This document shows, in pieces, positions 38,071-48,809 of a DNA stretch of 64,000 nt. This DNA comes from an uncultured delta proteobacterium (lineage in GTDB: Bacteria; Desulfobacterota; Desulfobaccia; Desulfobaccales; 0-14-0-80-60-11). The stretch's first letter is position 1, and each line of letters starts with the position of its first letter. Below the pieces are notes generated by a model. It made no database searches. It saw nothing but the letters and a program-made list of their open reading frames with translations, and was not told the DNA's origin. The stretch lies in contig CAWETI010000003.1 in NCBI GenBank assembly GCA_963812015.1, forward strand, positions 160,001 to 224,000. Direction: 5' to 3'. Both the position numbers and the translations under genes were made by a program.

Positions 38071-38095
38071 GTAGGGGCGGTTCGCGAACCGCCCC
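38071..38095. repeat. GTAG-type REP-like palindrome
   Basis: GTAGGGGCGGTTCGCGAACCGCCCC. Confidence 0.75.
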
Positions 38096-38131
38096 AAAAG
38101 GCTTGAAACCAAAGGTGATGGTTATCCTGAC

Positions 38132-39697
38132 ATGGGGACCTTTAAGGTGATTACCGCTGTGCAGACCCGTGTCCCTGCTGGCCATTCCTGGCCCCCGCGC
38201 TTCATTAGCTGGGGGTGCCTTCTCTTCCTGGCCATCAGTCTCCTGGGCCTGGGCGGCTGTGCCGAGGTGACCCGGCCGACCCCCACATTGCACCAAGAGG
38301 AAGACGCCCAGCTGGCCGCGGCCCGGCGCCACCCTTACCTCACCTGGTCCGGGGAACGGGTTTCCCGGGTCTTTCTCCGTCTGATGCCCTGGCTGCCCCA
38401 AACTCAGGGCCGCACCTATCCCTTTGTCGGTTTCAATTGGTGGGTGACCGCCACCGGCCAGGTGGCGGTGGACCAGGTCTGGTATCCTTCTCCGGCCCGG
38501 GATGCCGGTCTTCAACCGGGAGATGTCATTGTGGCGGTGAACAACTGGCCTTTGCCCACCTGGGTGGAGGACTGGGATAAGAGTATTGAGACCACCCGAA
38601 ATATTTTTCATACTTTTTCCCTGGCAGGGCTCCGCGCCCCCGCCGGGCGGACCTATCGCGCCCGCAACTCCAATACCCAAGCCATTGCCTATCTCCTTCC
38701 CGGTGAACTCCTGGCCGCCATGTTGCTCGACCTGAAGCATATCCGCATGGAGGCCCAGGAACGCTACCTTACCGGGCCGGTGGAACTCCTGGTGGACCGA
38801 GAGGGGAAAAAGTTCACCCTTACCCTCTACCCCCAGCGCCTGCCGGCCGAATACGCCATCCTGGTACAAACCCAGAACCGCAAGATCAATGCCTATGCGG
38901 CCCCGGGCAAGATCATCCTGACCCAGAGGTTGGTAAGTTTCTGCCTCAATGACGATGAGCTGGCCCTGATTGTGGGGCATGAGATGGCCCATCAGGTTCT
39001 GGGGCATCTGGTTCGGGGCGCCGCCCACCGGGAACTGGGGCAGATGCTGGGGGAAGTCATTACCGCCGTCAGCACCCTTTCCCTGGGGCGGCTCCTGGAC
39101 TGGAAACATTTCCGGGTGGACGCCAACGTGCGTCAGGTAGCCCAGGACGCCGTGGTGAGCGTCTTTTCCCAGGATGAGGAGCGGGAAGCCGACACCTACG
39201 GCGCCTGGTTTGCCTTTCAGGCGGGTTACAACATTGAGCGGGGCGCCGCCGTGTGGGAGCGGGTGGCGTCGGTGGATGAGAAGGACCCCTTTCTCACCAC
39301 GTATTTCCTCGATTCCCATCCGGCGCCCCTGGAGCGTCTGGCCCGCCTTAAGCTTATCGCCCAATACTTCAAGGCCGGCCGGGCCGCGGACATCTTTTTG
39401 CAAACCGCGGATTTGAACCGCCGGCCGGCGCCCCCCTTGTCCGACACCATTGGCGAGGACGCCCTGCCTTCCCCCCCAGCCCCCCCAGCGTCTGCCGCAC
39501 GGGGCCATGCCCCCCTGCCGGTTAGTTCAAGCCGCCGGGATCGAGACGGTCACCCAGGTCCCGCCGGGAGCGCTGTCTATCCGAATCTCGACCTGATAGG
39601 GGGCCAGGAGCCGCCGCACCATAAACAACCCCAAGCCGGCCCGGTCTCTGTCGGGGGTCCGCTTAGTGGTGAAAAAGGGATCGAAGATCCGGGATAA
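38132..39697 (+). CDS. M48 metallopeptidase lipoprotein with PDZ-like domain (3' end overlaps convergent gene)
   Basis: LGGC lipobox, SPARDAGLQPGDVIVAVN (PDZ), INAYA, ELALIVGHEMAH, EREAD, DSHP. Confidence 0.85.
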   Translation: MGTFKVITAVQTRVPAGHSWPPRFISWGCLLFLAISLLGLGGCAEVTRPTPTLHQEEDAQLAAARRHPYLTWSGERVSRVFLRLMPWLPQTQGRTYPFVGFNWWVTATGQVAVDQVWYPSPARDAGLQPGDVIVAVNNWPLPTWVEDWDKSIETTRNIFHTFSLAGLRAPAGRTYRARNSNTQAIAYLLPGELLAAMLLDLKHIRMEAQERYLTGPVELLVDREGKKFTLTLYPQRLPAEYAILVQTQNRKINAYAAPGKIILTQRLVSFCLNDDELALIVGHEMAHQVLGHLVRGAAHRELGQMLGEVITAVSTLSLGRLLDWKHFRVDANVRQVAQDAVVSVFSQDEEREADTYGAWFAFQAGYNIERGAAVWERVASVDEKDPFLTTYFLDSHPAPLERLARLKLIAQYFKAGRAADIFLQTADLNRRPAPPLSDTIGEDALPSPPAPPASAARGHAPLPVSSSRRDRDGHPGPAGSAVYPNLDLIGGQEPPHHKQPQAGPVSVGGPLSGEKGIEDPG

Positions 39698-40444
39698 CTG
39701 CGTCGGCGGGATGCCCACCCCGGTGTCGCCGATGCGCAGCCTAATCTGCCGGTCCTGGTAGGCCGTCACCACCGTCAGGCGGCGGCGGTCCACCCCCTCC
39801 ATGGCTTCCAGGGCATTATCGATGAGATTCCGGAAGCTCTGGCTAAAGTCGATATAGTGCCCAAAGAGTATGGGCAGGCTGGCCCCGAAGTGATATTCTT
39901 TGGTTACCTGGTGCTTGAAAAAGGGGTGGTCCAGATAGAGGTCCAGTTCCTGCTGATAGAGTTGATTGAGATCAAGGGAGAATTGCTCCTGGGAGTCCTC
40001 ATGCACCCCTTGCAGCACCAGACTCCGGGAGAAATCTTGCAGCCGGCCCAGTTCGGCGCGCCATTGCTGGAATTTTTCCTGGCGGTAGCGGTTCAAAGTC
40101 AGCAGCCGGTCAGCGCCGGACGGGGGGGATTTGGAGAGGATGTCCAACTCCTCCCGGGCTTTCTGCTCCATGAGGTCCAACTGAAACGACAGGACCTGGA
40201 GCGGGGTGTTCATCTGGTGGACAATGCCCAGGCACCGCTGGCCCACGCTGGAATGGCGATAGTAATGCACCAACTCGGTAAAGCTCCGCTCCAGGGCATT
40301 ATCGGCGGGGGAGTAATCCGGCGGCGCGGATGATACCGAGAGGGAATGCCAGGGCCCTGGCGAGGCCTCCGGCCCCGGGCCCGGCCCGGCCCTGTCCCCC
40401 GGGGAGTCAGGTTTCCTGCCGCCATCATTCGGAATATTATTCAT
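39527..40444 (-). CDS. Orphan histidine kinase-like protein (HisKA + HATPase_c, no sensor domain)
   Basis: GIVHQMNTPL H-box, NLIDNALEA, DTGVGI, IFDPFFTTK, GLGL. Start taken at ATG 40444 because the longer ORF-track frame shadows the + strand gene. Confidence 0.8.
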   Translation of the reverse strand: MNNIPNDGGRKPDSPGDRAGPGPGPEASPGPWHSLSVSSAPPDYSPADNALERSFTELVHYYRHSSVGQRCLGIVHQMNTPLQVLSFQLDLMEQKAREELDILSKSPPSGADRLLTLNRYRQEKFQQWRAELGRLQDFSRSLVLQGVHEDSQEQFSLDLNQLYQQELDLYLDHPFFKHQVTKEYHFGASLPILFGHYIDFSQSFRNLIDNALEAMEGVDRRRLTVVTAYQDRQIRLRIGDTGVGIPPTQLSRIFDPFFTTKRTPDRDRAGLGLFMVRRLLAPYQVEIRIDSAPGGTWVTVSIPAA

Positions 40445-40645
40445 AGCACTGGGGTTACTCGCTTCCTGGCCCCTCTTGAGCCCTCTCCGGTTATTATCGG
40501 TTGCTTTACCGGTAACATGAATGAATGCCAGCGGTCGGACGAAGGGCTCAACACAGTCCTTGGCCCGGTCCACCTTTCCCTCCGTATCGGTCCTTTGGTA
40601 TAATAAAAACAGTTTTTCATCCCCAAAAATGCATGAGGTGAACCG

Positions 40646-41215
40646 ATGATTAAGCGAGAGGTTTGGTATTTCCGGGGCGTGGGTCCACAAAACACCCCGG
40701 CCTGTCTGGACCTGATGGACAAGGCCGTGGCCGCGGGGTTTCGCCACCTGGTGGTGGCCTCCACCACCGGCGATTCGGGGGCTCAGGCCGCCCGGCGTTT
40801 TCAGGGCAAGGACGTCAACCTGGTGGTGGTGGGGCATTCTGTCGGGTTCAAGGGGCCTAATACCGACGAATTCCTGGACGAGCATTACCAGGAGATTACC
40901 GGCCACGGGGGCAAGGTCCTCAAGGCCACCATCCTGACCCACTCCCTGGAGACGAGCCTGGCCGATCAATTTAAGGGCAGCGCCCCCACCCTGCTCATCG
41001 CCAATACCTTGCGGCGTCTGGGGCAGGGTCTCAAGGTGGGTTGCGAGATCGTCATGGAGGCGGTGGACGCAGGCCTGATCCCGGAAGGGGAAGAAGTGGT
41101 GGCCGTGGGCGGCACCGCCCGGGGCTGGGACACCGTGGCTATTATCAAGAGCGCCGCGTCCAAACGCTTCCTGCAACTCTCGGTCCTGGAGATCTGGGGC
41201 AAGCCCCGGGTGTGA
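40646..41215 (+). CDS. Pyruvate-kinase C-terminal-like (COG1751-type) conserved protein
   Basis: YF...GPQNT, LVVASTTG, GQGLKVGCEIVMEAVDAGLI, VAVGGTARGWDT; GAGGTG RBS. Confidence 0.8.
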   Translation: MIKREVWYFRGVGPQNTPACLDLMDKAVAAGFRHLVVASTTGDSGAQAARRFQGKDVNLVVVGHSVGFKGPNTDEFLDEHYQEITGHGGKVLKATILTHSLETSLADQFKGSAPTLLIANTLRRLGQGLKVGCEIVMEAVDAGLIPEGEEVVAVGGTARGWDTVAIIKSAASKRFLQLSVLEIWGKPRV

Positions 41216-41257
41216 GACCGGCAAGGCCTTCGGGGGCGTATTGGCGCTAAGCCACCG

Positions 41258-44200
41258 TCAGGGCGCTGACGCCTTCGGGGGACTGGCGTCGGCGATTTCC
41301 AGTCGATCCCGACCGGCTTGTTTGGCCCGGTAAAGGGCGGTGTCTGCGGCGGCGATCACCTCCTCGGCCGTTTGCCCATGGTCTGGGAAAATGGCTACCC
41401 CTAGGGAGATGGTGGTGGATTTGAGAAAGCGCCCCTGGTATTTCACCTGGAGGGCCTTCACCGCCTGGCGCACTTTTTCCGCCCGCTCCCGGGCTGTTTC
41501 CAATGAAGCGCCCGGTATGACAAGCAAAAATTCTTCTCCGCCGTACCGGCAGGCAATGTCTTCGGTTCGAATGCCCGCGGTGATCACGTGGGCCAGGGCG
41601 CTGAGCAGCGCATCGCCCGCCCCGTGGCCAAAGCTATCGTTGAAGTCTTTAAAATGATCCAGGTCCATCATCACCACCCCCAGCGGCGTCTTAAGACGCC
41701 TGGAGCGATGTAGTTCCCGGTCCATGGTCTCTTCCAGGTAGCGCCGGTTGTACAATCCGGTGAGGGGATCACGAATGGCCTGGTTTTGCAGGGTCTCCCA
41801 CAGCTTCAGGTTGGCCAGGGACAATGCCAGGTTTTCGGCAATGGCCACTGCCAGCCGTTCTTTGGCTTCCAACTCTCCCGCTTCCCGCCCCTGGATGGCG
41901 CAACTGAGCAGCCGTATATGGAGGATGCCTAAGGAAACACTATGGGCCACCAGAGGAACGCAGAGATAGCCGGTGGTCAGGGTGCCGCTCGCCGTAACAT
42001 GTTTGCAAAGTAAGGCCGAGGCGGGGTCGTCCACCCGATGGATCCGGCCGCTGCGGACCGCCCAACAATCATCCGGGGGAAATAGTTCCGCGATGGGAGG
42101 GGAGGGACCCCAGGTCGTCACCGAACTCAAGAGGTTTTTGGAGTTGCGGAGCACGTATAAGGCGCCGGCGTCGTCGGGAAAAAACTGCGGCACGAAATGG
42201 CTGATGGCTGCAAAGGCTTCCTGGGAGGTTTGACAGGTTTGCAGCATTTCGCTCATGTCGTTGAGCATCGCCATGGTGCTATTCCGCTTTTCCACTTCCT
42301 GCACCAGGGCCTTCAATTGGAGGTTGGCATTCTCCAGCGCCTCCTGTGACTTCCGGCGCGCCGTGATGTCGATATCGGCGCCCCGGTATCCCAGGAGATT
42401 TCCCGTCTTATCGAGTATAGGAGCCCCGCAGGTCGATAACCAAACAATGCTTCCATCCTTATGAAGGTTTCGGTTAATAAATTCGCTAAATGGCTGTTTG
42501 GCGGCAATTGCTGCAAAAGCCATTTTCTTAAGTTCTTCCCGTTCTTCAGGGAGAAATAGGTCATAAAAATGTTTGTCAAGTATTTCCTTAGGCTTATAGC
42601 CCAGCAATTTCTCCACAACCGGACTGGCATAAGTATATTTACCCTCGGCGTCGACTTCCCAAACCCATTCCTGAGCATTCTCACTCACATCTCTAAATCT
42701 TTTCTCACTCTCCAGCAGCGCCTGCTCCGCCAGTTTGCGCTCGGTGATGTCAGTCATTACCCCGATTAATCCAGCAACCTTGCCGGAAGAATCAACAAAG
42801 GTAGCTTTATTAAAGATAAAATTCCTTATACTCCCAGCAGGCCTCCCCATAATAAAGTCGTAAATTTGGGTACCGGGATGTTGAAATAGTTCCCGGTCCA
42901 TTTGAAAATATTTATCTGCCTGTTCTTTAGGATAGAGATTAAAAAACAGTCTTCCCGATGATTGCCTCTTTCGGCCTCCCTAAAAATTCAGCCAGGCTTC
43001 GGTTACATCCCTGATAGACCCCGTTTACATCTTTATAAAAAATTGGACTGGGGATAGTATCTATCAAAAGTTGCAAGAAGTTAAATTGCTGGGCAAGTGA
43101 TCTCTCCGCCAGCTTGCGATCAGTAATGTCCCTGACTAAACTCAAGATTTTTTTGCTGGACGCGTCTTGGATAAACGTGGCGTTGATCTCAATGGGAACA
43201 GTCTCCCCATTTTTTTGTACATAAGCGACTTCCAGGTTGCGGATGGATCCTTTTGCAGCGCATTCTTGCACTGCGGCGGCATTTCTTTGCAGATCCGGGG
43301 CAGCGGTCCATTCCACGACGCTTCGGCCCAAGATCTCCCCCAGGGTGTCGTATCCGGTGAGCCGCAGATATTCCGGATTGGCGTCCAAGACCTTCCCTTG
43401 CGGGTCAATGATCACATAGCCGGTGCCGGTGGTCTCGATCAAGGCCCGGTATTTGGCTTCCGACTCCCTGATCGACTGGTCCCGCTGCTGCATGGCTTCG
43501 GCCATTTTATCGAAGGCTCCGGCCATTTGACCAAATTCCCCGTCATCGTAAGATATGCCGGAACGCACGGTCAGGTCGCCGCCGGCCAGTTGTTGGGACG
43601 TGTTCACCAGGGCCCGAGTCCGGTTAATCAGGAAGAATTGCCCGAGCACCCAGGCCAAAACCATCGCCAGAACCGCCGCCCCCCCCAGGGCCAGCAGATT
43701 TCGGCCCAGGATGCGGCGGGCTTCAGCATAGATGGTCTGCAGGGGCACGCCCGCATAGACAAAGAGATCCCTCTCTCCCAGGGGGGTAAAGGCGAACAGA
43801 CAGAGAACCCCGTCGATGCCCGCCGCTTCGGCCACTCTTTCCTTCTTGGACAGCACGATTTTGACAATCTCGGCCTCCGGCATGCGTTTCCCCACCCAGT
43901 GCTCTGGCTGGGGATGGCGGGCCAGGATGGTGCCGTCGCGATCGATGACGGTGAGCCTGGCGCCGGGGGGCATGTCGGTCTTGGCCACCAACGTATTCAG
44001 ATAGCTGAGGTCCACGGAGGCGGAGACCACCCCCTGCACCACGCCGTGGTCGATAACCGGATAACCGAAATGGAGGGTGGGCTTCCCCGAGGCCCGGCCG
44101 ATACCGAATTCACCGATGGCAAAATCCCGGGTGGCCAGGGCGCGATCAAAATGGCTGCGGCCGACGGCGCTGGCCGGGGGCTGCGGCAGGGCGCTGGCGA

Positions 44201-44534
44201 ACAGATTTCCCTGGGGGTCATAAGCCGAAATATTGGCGTAAATCTTCTGCCTCTCCAGGATCCTGGCAAACAGGGCCATGCAACCCGCCCCATCCCGCTG
44301 GCGCACACAGGAGACCTCCGACAGACTTAATAGCAGTTGTCGGACTCCTTCCACCACCCGCTCCTGATATGTGGAGGCGTGCAAGACCAGGTCCTGGACG
44401 TCTTTTTTGGCCTCAGAAACGGCCAGGCGGCGATTTTCCATACCGGAGAGGAGGATCAAGCCGAGGGCCGGCAGGACCGCCAGGAAGACCAGGAGGATCA
44501 ACCGGAACCGGAGCGTGGTGAAGAAATGGAGCAT
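41258..44534 (-). pseudogene. Membrane-bound diguanylate cyclase (Cache-HAMP-PAS-PAS-PAS-GAF-GGDEF) split by a +1 frameshift near 42941-42946
   Basis: Upstream ORF (probable ATG 44534) ends GKTVF* inside a PAS domain; the +1 frame continues NLYPKEQADKYFQMDREL into ORF 41258-42901, which has DPLTGLYNRR and RYGGEEF. Confidence 0.85.
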
Positions 44535-44792
44535 CTGTTTCCTTTTCGCAGGTCGTGGGGAACGTGAAAACCCCGGCCCGGCTAGGTCAGCAATGCGAGC
44601 CTTCCCGGCGTAGCGGCCGGGATAGGCTTGCCAAGGAATCGGCTCATGGTCTAAGGTTACCTTATTGTCTATATCGGCAGGTTGGGTCAGGTTCAAAAGA
44701 ATTAAGGGGTGATTTGGAGGGAATCCCTATCCGGCTCAGCCCCACTACTTGAGGAAACTGGCCTGGTGAAAGGCGGACGGCCCTCCTTCTCA

Positions 44793-44821
44793 TTGACACC
44801 GGCGGCGGGAGTGGCTATAAG
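44793..44821 (+). promoter_or_regulatory. sigma70 promoter of polA
   Basis: TTGACA-17 nt-TATAAG, 19 nt upstream of ATG 44841. Confidence 0.75.
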
Positions 44822-44840
44822 GGGGAAAAGGATACCCTTG

Positions 44841-47522
44841 ATGGCCACAGAGTCTCGCGTCCTCTATCTCATCGACATCAGCTCCTATTTCTACCGGGCC
44901 TTCCACGCCCTGCCGGCCCTGTCCAACTCCCGGGGGGTGCCCACCAACGCCACCTACGGGGTCACCACCATGCTTCTCAAGGTGCTCCGGGAGCGGCAGC
45001 CCCAGCACCTGGCCCTGGTGTTCGACGCCAAAGGCCCCACCTTCCGGCACGAACTCTATAAGGAATACAAGGCTCACCGGCCGCCCATGCCGGAGGCCCT
45101 GGTGACCCAGCTTCCCTATATAAAGAAGATTATCGACGCCCTCAACCTGCCCTCCCTGGTGCATGAGGGGTATGAAGCCGATGATCTCATCTGCACCCTG
45201 GTGCGGCGGGCCCGGGAGGAGGGCTTCGGGGTGGAGATCATCACCGGGGACAAGGACCTCCTGCCCCTGGTGCAAGATGGCGTGGATATGTGGGATCCCA
45301 TGAAAGAGGTACGCTATGACCCGGCGGCCATCCGGGAAAAATTCGGCCTGGACCCCGAGGAACTGGTGGAGGTGCGGGCCCTGGCGGGAGATGCCAGCGA
45401 CAACATCCCCGGGGTGCCGGGCATTGGAGAGAAAACCGCCCTCAAGTTGATCGCCCGGTACCACAGTCTGGAAAATCTGCTGGCCCATACAGATGAGATT
45501 AAAGAAAAGGCCCTGAAGGGTCGATTGGAGGAATATGCTGAACAGGCGCGGCTCAGCCGGCGACTGACCGAGCTTAAGGCCCAGGTGCCCCTGACGGTGG
45601 ACCTGGAGGCCCTCCATCCCGGCCCCCCTGACCGGGAGGCTTTGCGCCGGCTGTTTGTGGATCTGGAATTCAGCAAATTGACCAAGGAATTGGGGTTTGA
45701 CACCCAACCCCAGGTGACCGGGGCCCTGGTGCAGGGGCCCGAGGCCCTGGGCCGGGTGGTCCAGGCGGTTCGAGACGCAGGCGTGATGGGACTGTGTTTC
45801 GTCATGAGCGAGCAGCACCCGGTGCTGGCCGAGGTTGCCGGGGTGGGCATTGCCTGGCAGACCGGGGAGGGCGCGTATGTCCCTCTGGACGCCGGGGAGT
45901 CAAACCGGGCCGTCTGGGAGAAACTGGGGCCGGCGTGGGGCGATGCGGGAATCATTAAAGTGGGGCCTGATCTTAAGGCCGCCCTGCTCCTGGCTCAACG
46001 ATTCGGGCAGGACCTTAAAGGGATCACCGGCGACATTCTTTTGGCGTCGTATCTCCTCAACCCGGCCCGGTATGAGCAGACCCTGGAAAATGTGGCCCTC
46101 CACTACCTGGGGGTCAACCTGCCGGGTCCCCGGGAATTGGCGGGGCGGCCCAGCACCGCGGTGGGGTTGGACCGGGACCTGGCCTGTCAGTATGCAACCC
46201 AGCGGGCCGAGGTGGCGCTCAGTCTCTGGCCGCGGCTTCAGAGCGAACTGCACAAGGAAGGCCTCTGGGAGCTCTATACTGGCCTGGAATTGCCGCTGTT
46301 GGCAACCCTGGCCCGCCTGGAGGCCCGGGGCATTCTCCTGGACCAAGGATTTCTCCAGCGTTTCGGCCGGGAGTTGGAAGAATCGATGCAGCGGCTGGAA
46401 GGAGAGATTTATGCCCTGGCGGGCGAGGCATTTCTCATCCAGTCGCCCCAGCAATTGGGCCGCATCCTCTTTGAGAAAATGCAACTCACGCCCCAGAAGA
46501 AGACCCGGGGCAAAACCGCCTACTCCACCGACGTGGAGGTCCTCCAGGCCCTGGCCCATGAGAGCCCCATCGCCGCCAAGGTCCTGGAGTACCGTAGCAT
46601 GGGCAAACTCAAATCAACTTATGTGGATGCCCTGCTGAAGCTGGTGGACCCGGTGACCGGGCGGGTGCACACCACGTTTCTGCAGTCGGTGGCGGCCACC
46701 GGGCGTTTGAGCAGCCGGGACCCCAATTTGCAAAACATCCCGGTCCGGGGCGAATTAGGGGGGCAGATTCGCCAGGCCTTTGTGCCGGATAAAGGCCGGG
46801 TATTTCTCAGTGCCGACTATTCTCAGATGGAACTTCGGATTCTGGCCCATTTTTCGGCGGACCCGGCGCTCCTCAAGGCCTTCCAGGACCAGATCGACAT
46901 CCACCGCCAGACTGCGGCGGTGGTGTTCGGCATCCACCCGGAACTGGTGAGTTCGGATATGCGCCGTCAGGCCAAGGTGGTCAACTTCGGCATCATTTAT
47001 GGTATGAGCGGGTTCGGCCTGGCCAAGCAGCTGGGGGTGAACACCCGCATGGCCAATGACTTCATCCAGCGTTATTTTGCCAAATATTCCCGGGTCAAGG
47101 CCTATCTGGAAGAAACCTTGGGACAGGCCCGGGAACAGGGGTGGGTGACCACGCTGCTGGGGCGTCGGCGCCAGACCCCCCAGATCAACAGCAGCAACCG
47201 CATCGTCCGGCAGGAGGCGGAACGGAGCGCCATCAATACCCCGCTCCAGGGGACGGCGGCGGATATTATCAAGAAGGCCATGCTGGAGGTGGAAACCGCG
47301 ATGCAGCAGGCGGGTCTAACCGGACAGATGCTCCTCCAGCTCCATGACGAACTGTTATTTGAAGTGCCCCGGTCCGAACTGCCCGACACCGCCCGCCTGG
47401 TGCGCCGGGTCATGGAGGGGGTGGTCCGGCTGCAAGTGCCCCTAACTGTGGACTTGCGGACCGGGGAAAACTGGGGCGAGATGAATATTTATGCTCCCGG
47501 GCCTTCAGGTGGGGAATATTAA
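44841..47522 (+). CDS. polA: DNA polymerase I
   Basis: LYLID...YRAFHA, GDASDNIPGVPGIG, TGRLSSRDPNLQNIP, ADYSQMELR, AKVVNFGIIYG, HDEL. Start supported by the promoter and AAGGA. Confidence 0.98.
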   Translation: MATESRVLYLIDISSYFYRAFHALPALSNSRGVPTNATYGVTTMLLKVLRERQPQHLALVFDAKGPTFRHELYKEYKAHRPPMPEALVTQLPYIKKIIDALNLPSLVHEGYEADDLICTLVRRAREEGFGVEIITGDKDLLPLVQDGVDMWDPMKEVRYDPAAIREKFGLDPEELVEVRALAGDASDNIPGVPGIGEKTALKLIARYHSLENLLAHTDEIKEKALKGRLEEYAEQARLSRRLTELKAQVPLTVDLEALHPGPPDREALRRLFVDLEFSKLTKELGFDTQPQVTGALVQGPEALGRVVQAVRDAGVMGLCFVMSEQHPVLAEVAGVGIAWQTGEGAYVPLDAGESNRAVWEKLGPAWGDAGIIKVGPDLKAALLLAQRFGQDLKGITGDILLASYLLNPARYEQTLENVALHYLGVNLPGPRELAGRPSTAVGLDRDLACQYATQRAEVALSLWPRLQSELHKEGLWELYTGLELPLLATLARLEARGILLDQGFLQRFGRELEESMQRLEGEIYALAGEAFLIQSPQQLGRILFEKMQLTPQKKTRGKTAYSTDVEVLQALAHESPIAAKVLEYRSMGKLKSTYVDALLKLVDPVTGRVHTTFLQSVAATGRLSSRDPNLQNIPVRGELGGQIRQAFVPDKGRVFLSADYSQMELRILAHFSADPALLKAFQDQIDIHRQTAAVVFGIHPELVSSDMRRQAKVVNFGIIYGMSGFGLAKQLGVNTRMANDFIQRYFAKYSRVKAYLEETLGQAREQGWVTTLLGRRRQTPQINSSNRIVRQEAERSAINTPLQGTAADIIKKAMLEVETAMQQAGLTGQMLLQLHDELLFEVPRSELPDTARLVRRVMEGVVRLQVPLTVDLRTGENWGEMNIYAPGPSGGEY

Positions 47523-47777
47523 TTAATTAATAAATACGGCAGGTTGCAGATGTAGCGCCGTGGCGCCGGAAAAAAAAGATACAGAAAGGAAAGTTTTTGC
47601 TTGAATTTTTTCAATTCATCCTTATAGTTAATCAAAATTAAGGCCTTAATGGCTCCGTCAAACGGGCCCAGGAAAAAAAAATGCAGGAGGCCATAATTTT
47701 TCTTGATATTTTTAGCCCGTTATTATAAAAATGGGCATCTTACTTACCTTTAACCATCCTTTGAGAAGGGGGGATAG

Positions 47778-48071
47778 ATGATGAGGAAAGCTTTGGTAAG
47801 GAAAGGCTTTGCATTGGCCATTCTCTTGGCGTTTGTTGCCGCCTTGGGAATGGGGTGCTGCGACGCCTGCAAGAAGAGTGTAGACGAAGCCAAGATGTAC
47901 GCCGATCAGGCGGCGGCTTCGGCTGCTAAGGCGGATAGCGCGGCGCGGAACGCCGAAATGGCGGCGGCAGACGCAAAAGCTTCGGCTGATAAGGCTGAGG
48001 CAGCGGCTGATCGGGCTGAGGCTGCAGCAGCGAAAGCTGAGGCGTGCCTGATGAAGAAGATGCGGAAGTAG
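47778..48071 (+). CDS. Lpp/OprI-like alanine-zipper lipoprotein with C-terminal Lys
   Basis: Signal peptide ending LGMG-C, Ala-rich heptads, C-terminus KKMRK; strong RBS. Confidence 0.8.
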   Translation: MMRKALVRKGFALAILLAFVAALGMGCCDACKKSVDEAKMYADQAAASAAKADSAARNAEMAAADAKASADKAEAAADRAEAAAAKAEACLMKKMRK

Positions 48072-48130
48072 CACCTAGGGTTGATTCAGCAAATGGGGAG
48101 TGAAAAATTCTCTCCGAAAGGGGGTAATCG

Positions 48131-48505
48131 ATGAGGAAGGCAATGAGAAAAGGCTATGCCTTGGCTCTCCTCGCGGTCTTTGCCCTGGTGCTGGGAGGTG
48201 CTGGCTGCTGCCAAAAGTACTATGATCAGTGCACAATGTACTCACAGCAAGCTAAGGCTTCTGCAGATCGGGCAGCCGCGTCGGTAGTAAAGGCTGAAGC
48301 GGCCGCACAAGATGCCAAAGTCCCCGTACCTCGCGCTTCCGCTGCAGCCAACAAGGCTGAGGCGGCTGCCGCCCGGGCCGAAGATGCGGCGGAAAAAGTG
48401 TGCGCCAGGGTTAAGTACGTGAAGGCCAAAAAGGGCAAAAAAGGCAAGAAACGCGCCGTAAAGTGCCCGCCGGCCAAACCGAAAAAGGCCAAAACGGCTG
48501 AGTAA
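48131..48505 (+). CDS. Second alanine-zipper lipoprotein with Lys-rich tail
   Basis: Paralogous signal peptide ending GGAG-C, Ala-rich coil, tail KAKKGKKGKKRAVKCPPAKPKKAKTAE. Confidence 0.75.
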   Translation: MRKAMRKGYALALLAVFALVLGGAGCCQKYYDQCTMYSQQAKASADRAAASVVKAEAAAQDAKVPVPRASAAANKAEAAAARAEDAAEKVCARVKYVKAKKGKKGKKRAVKCPPAKPKKAKTAE

Positions 48506-48548
48506 TTCATTCTGAAGTTATCTGGGGTTAACCCCGTAGTACCCAGAT

Positions 48549-48594
48549 TCAGAAGGTGTGGTGAGCTTCGGTTCACCACACCTTCTGACTTTTT
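48549..48594 (+). terminator. Intrinsic terminator of the lipoprotein pair
   Basis: TCAGAAGGTGTGGTGA-GC-TTCG-GT-TCACCACACCTTCTGA followed by CTTTTT: perfect 16-bp stem with a C(UUCG)G loop. Confidence 0.88.
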
Positions 48595-48809
48595 AAGGCC
48601 TATCGCTTATGCCCCCACCGCACCGGCGTCCCCTCCGATCCTGAGTGCATCTCAGGCGCAGGAGCAGATGACCTGGAGCGCGGCGCCAGGCGCCTGGGGC
48701 TGAGTCCCCCTATACTACCCACCCTAAGGGCAAGGCCCTTCGGGGCCTGGCCTCCTCCCTATTGCGAATGCCAAAAGTTTTTCCCGCTAGTGGAATGCTC
48801 CAAAAGCCA

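Noticed and set aside
40445..41224. N-terminal extension of the 565-aa ORF 39527-41224
   Set aside because: Antisense shadow of the + strand gene 40646-41215; only the C-terminal kinase part looks real.
44709..44840. Longer polA start from the ORF track, and the 44696 start for the cyclase
   Set aside because: A consensus promoter at 44793-44821 places polA at ATG 44841; the cyclase TM/Cache region begins at ATG 44534 with an RBS.
47880..48400. Repetitive GCGGC/GCTGA DNA as a possible repeat array
   Set aside because: Explained by Ala-rich coding sequence of the two lipoproteins.
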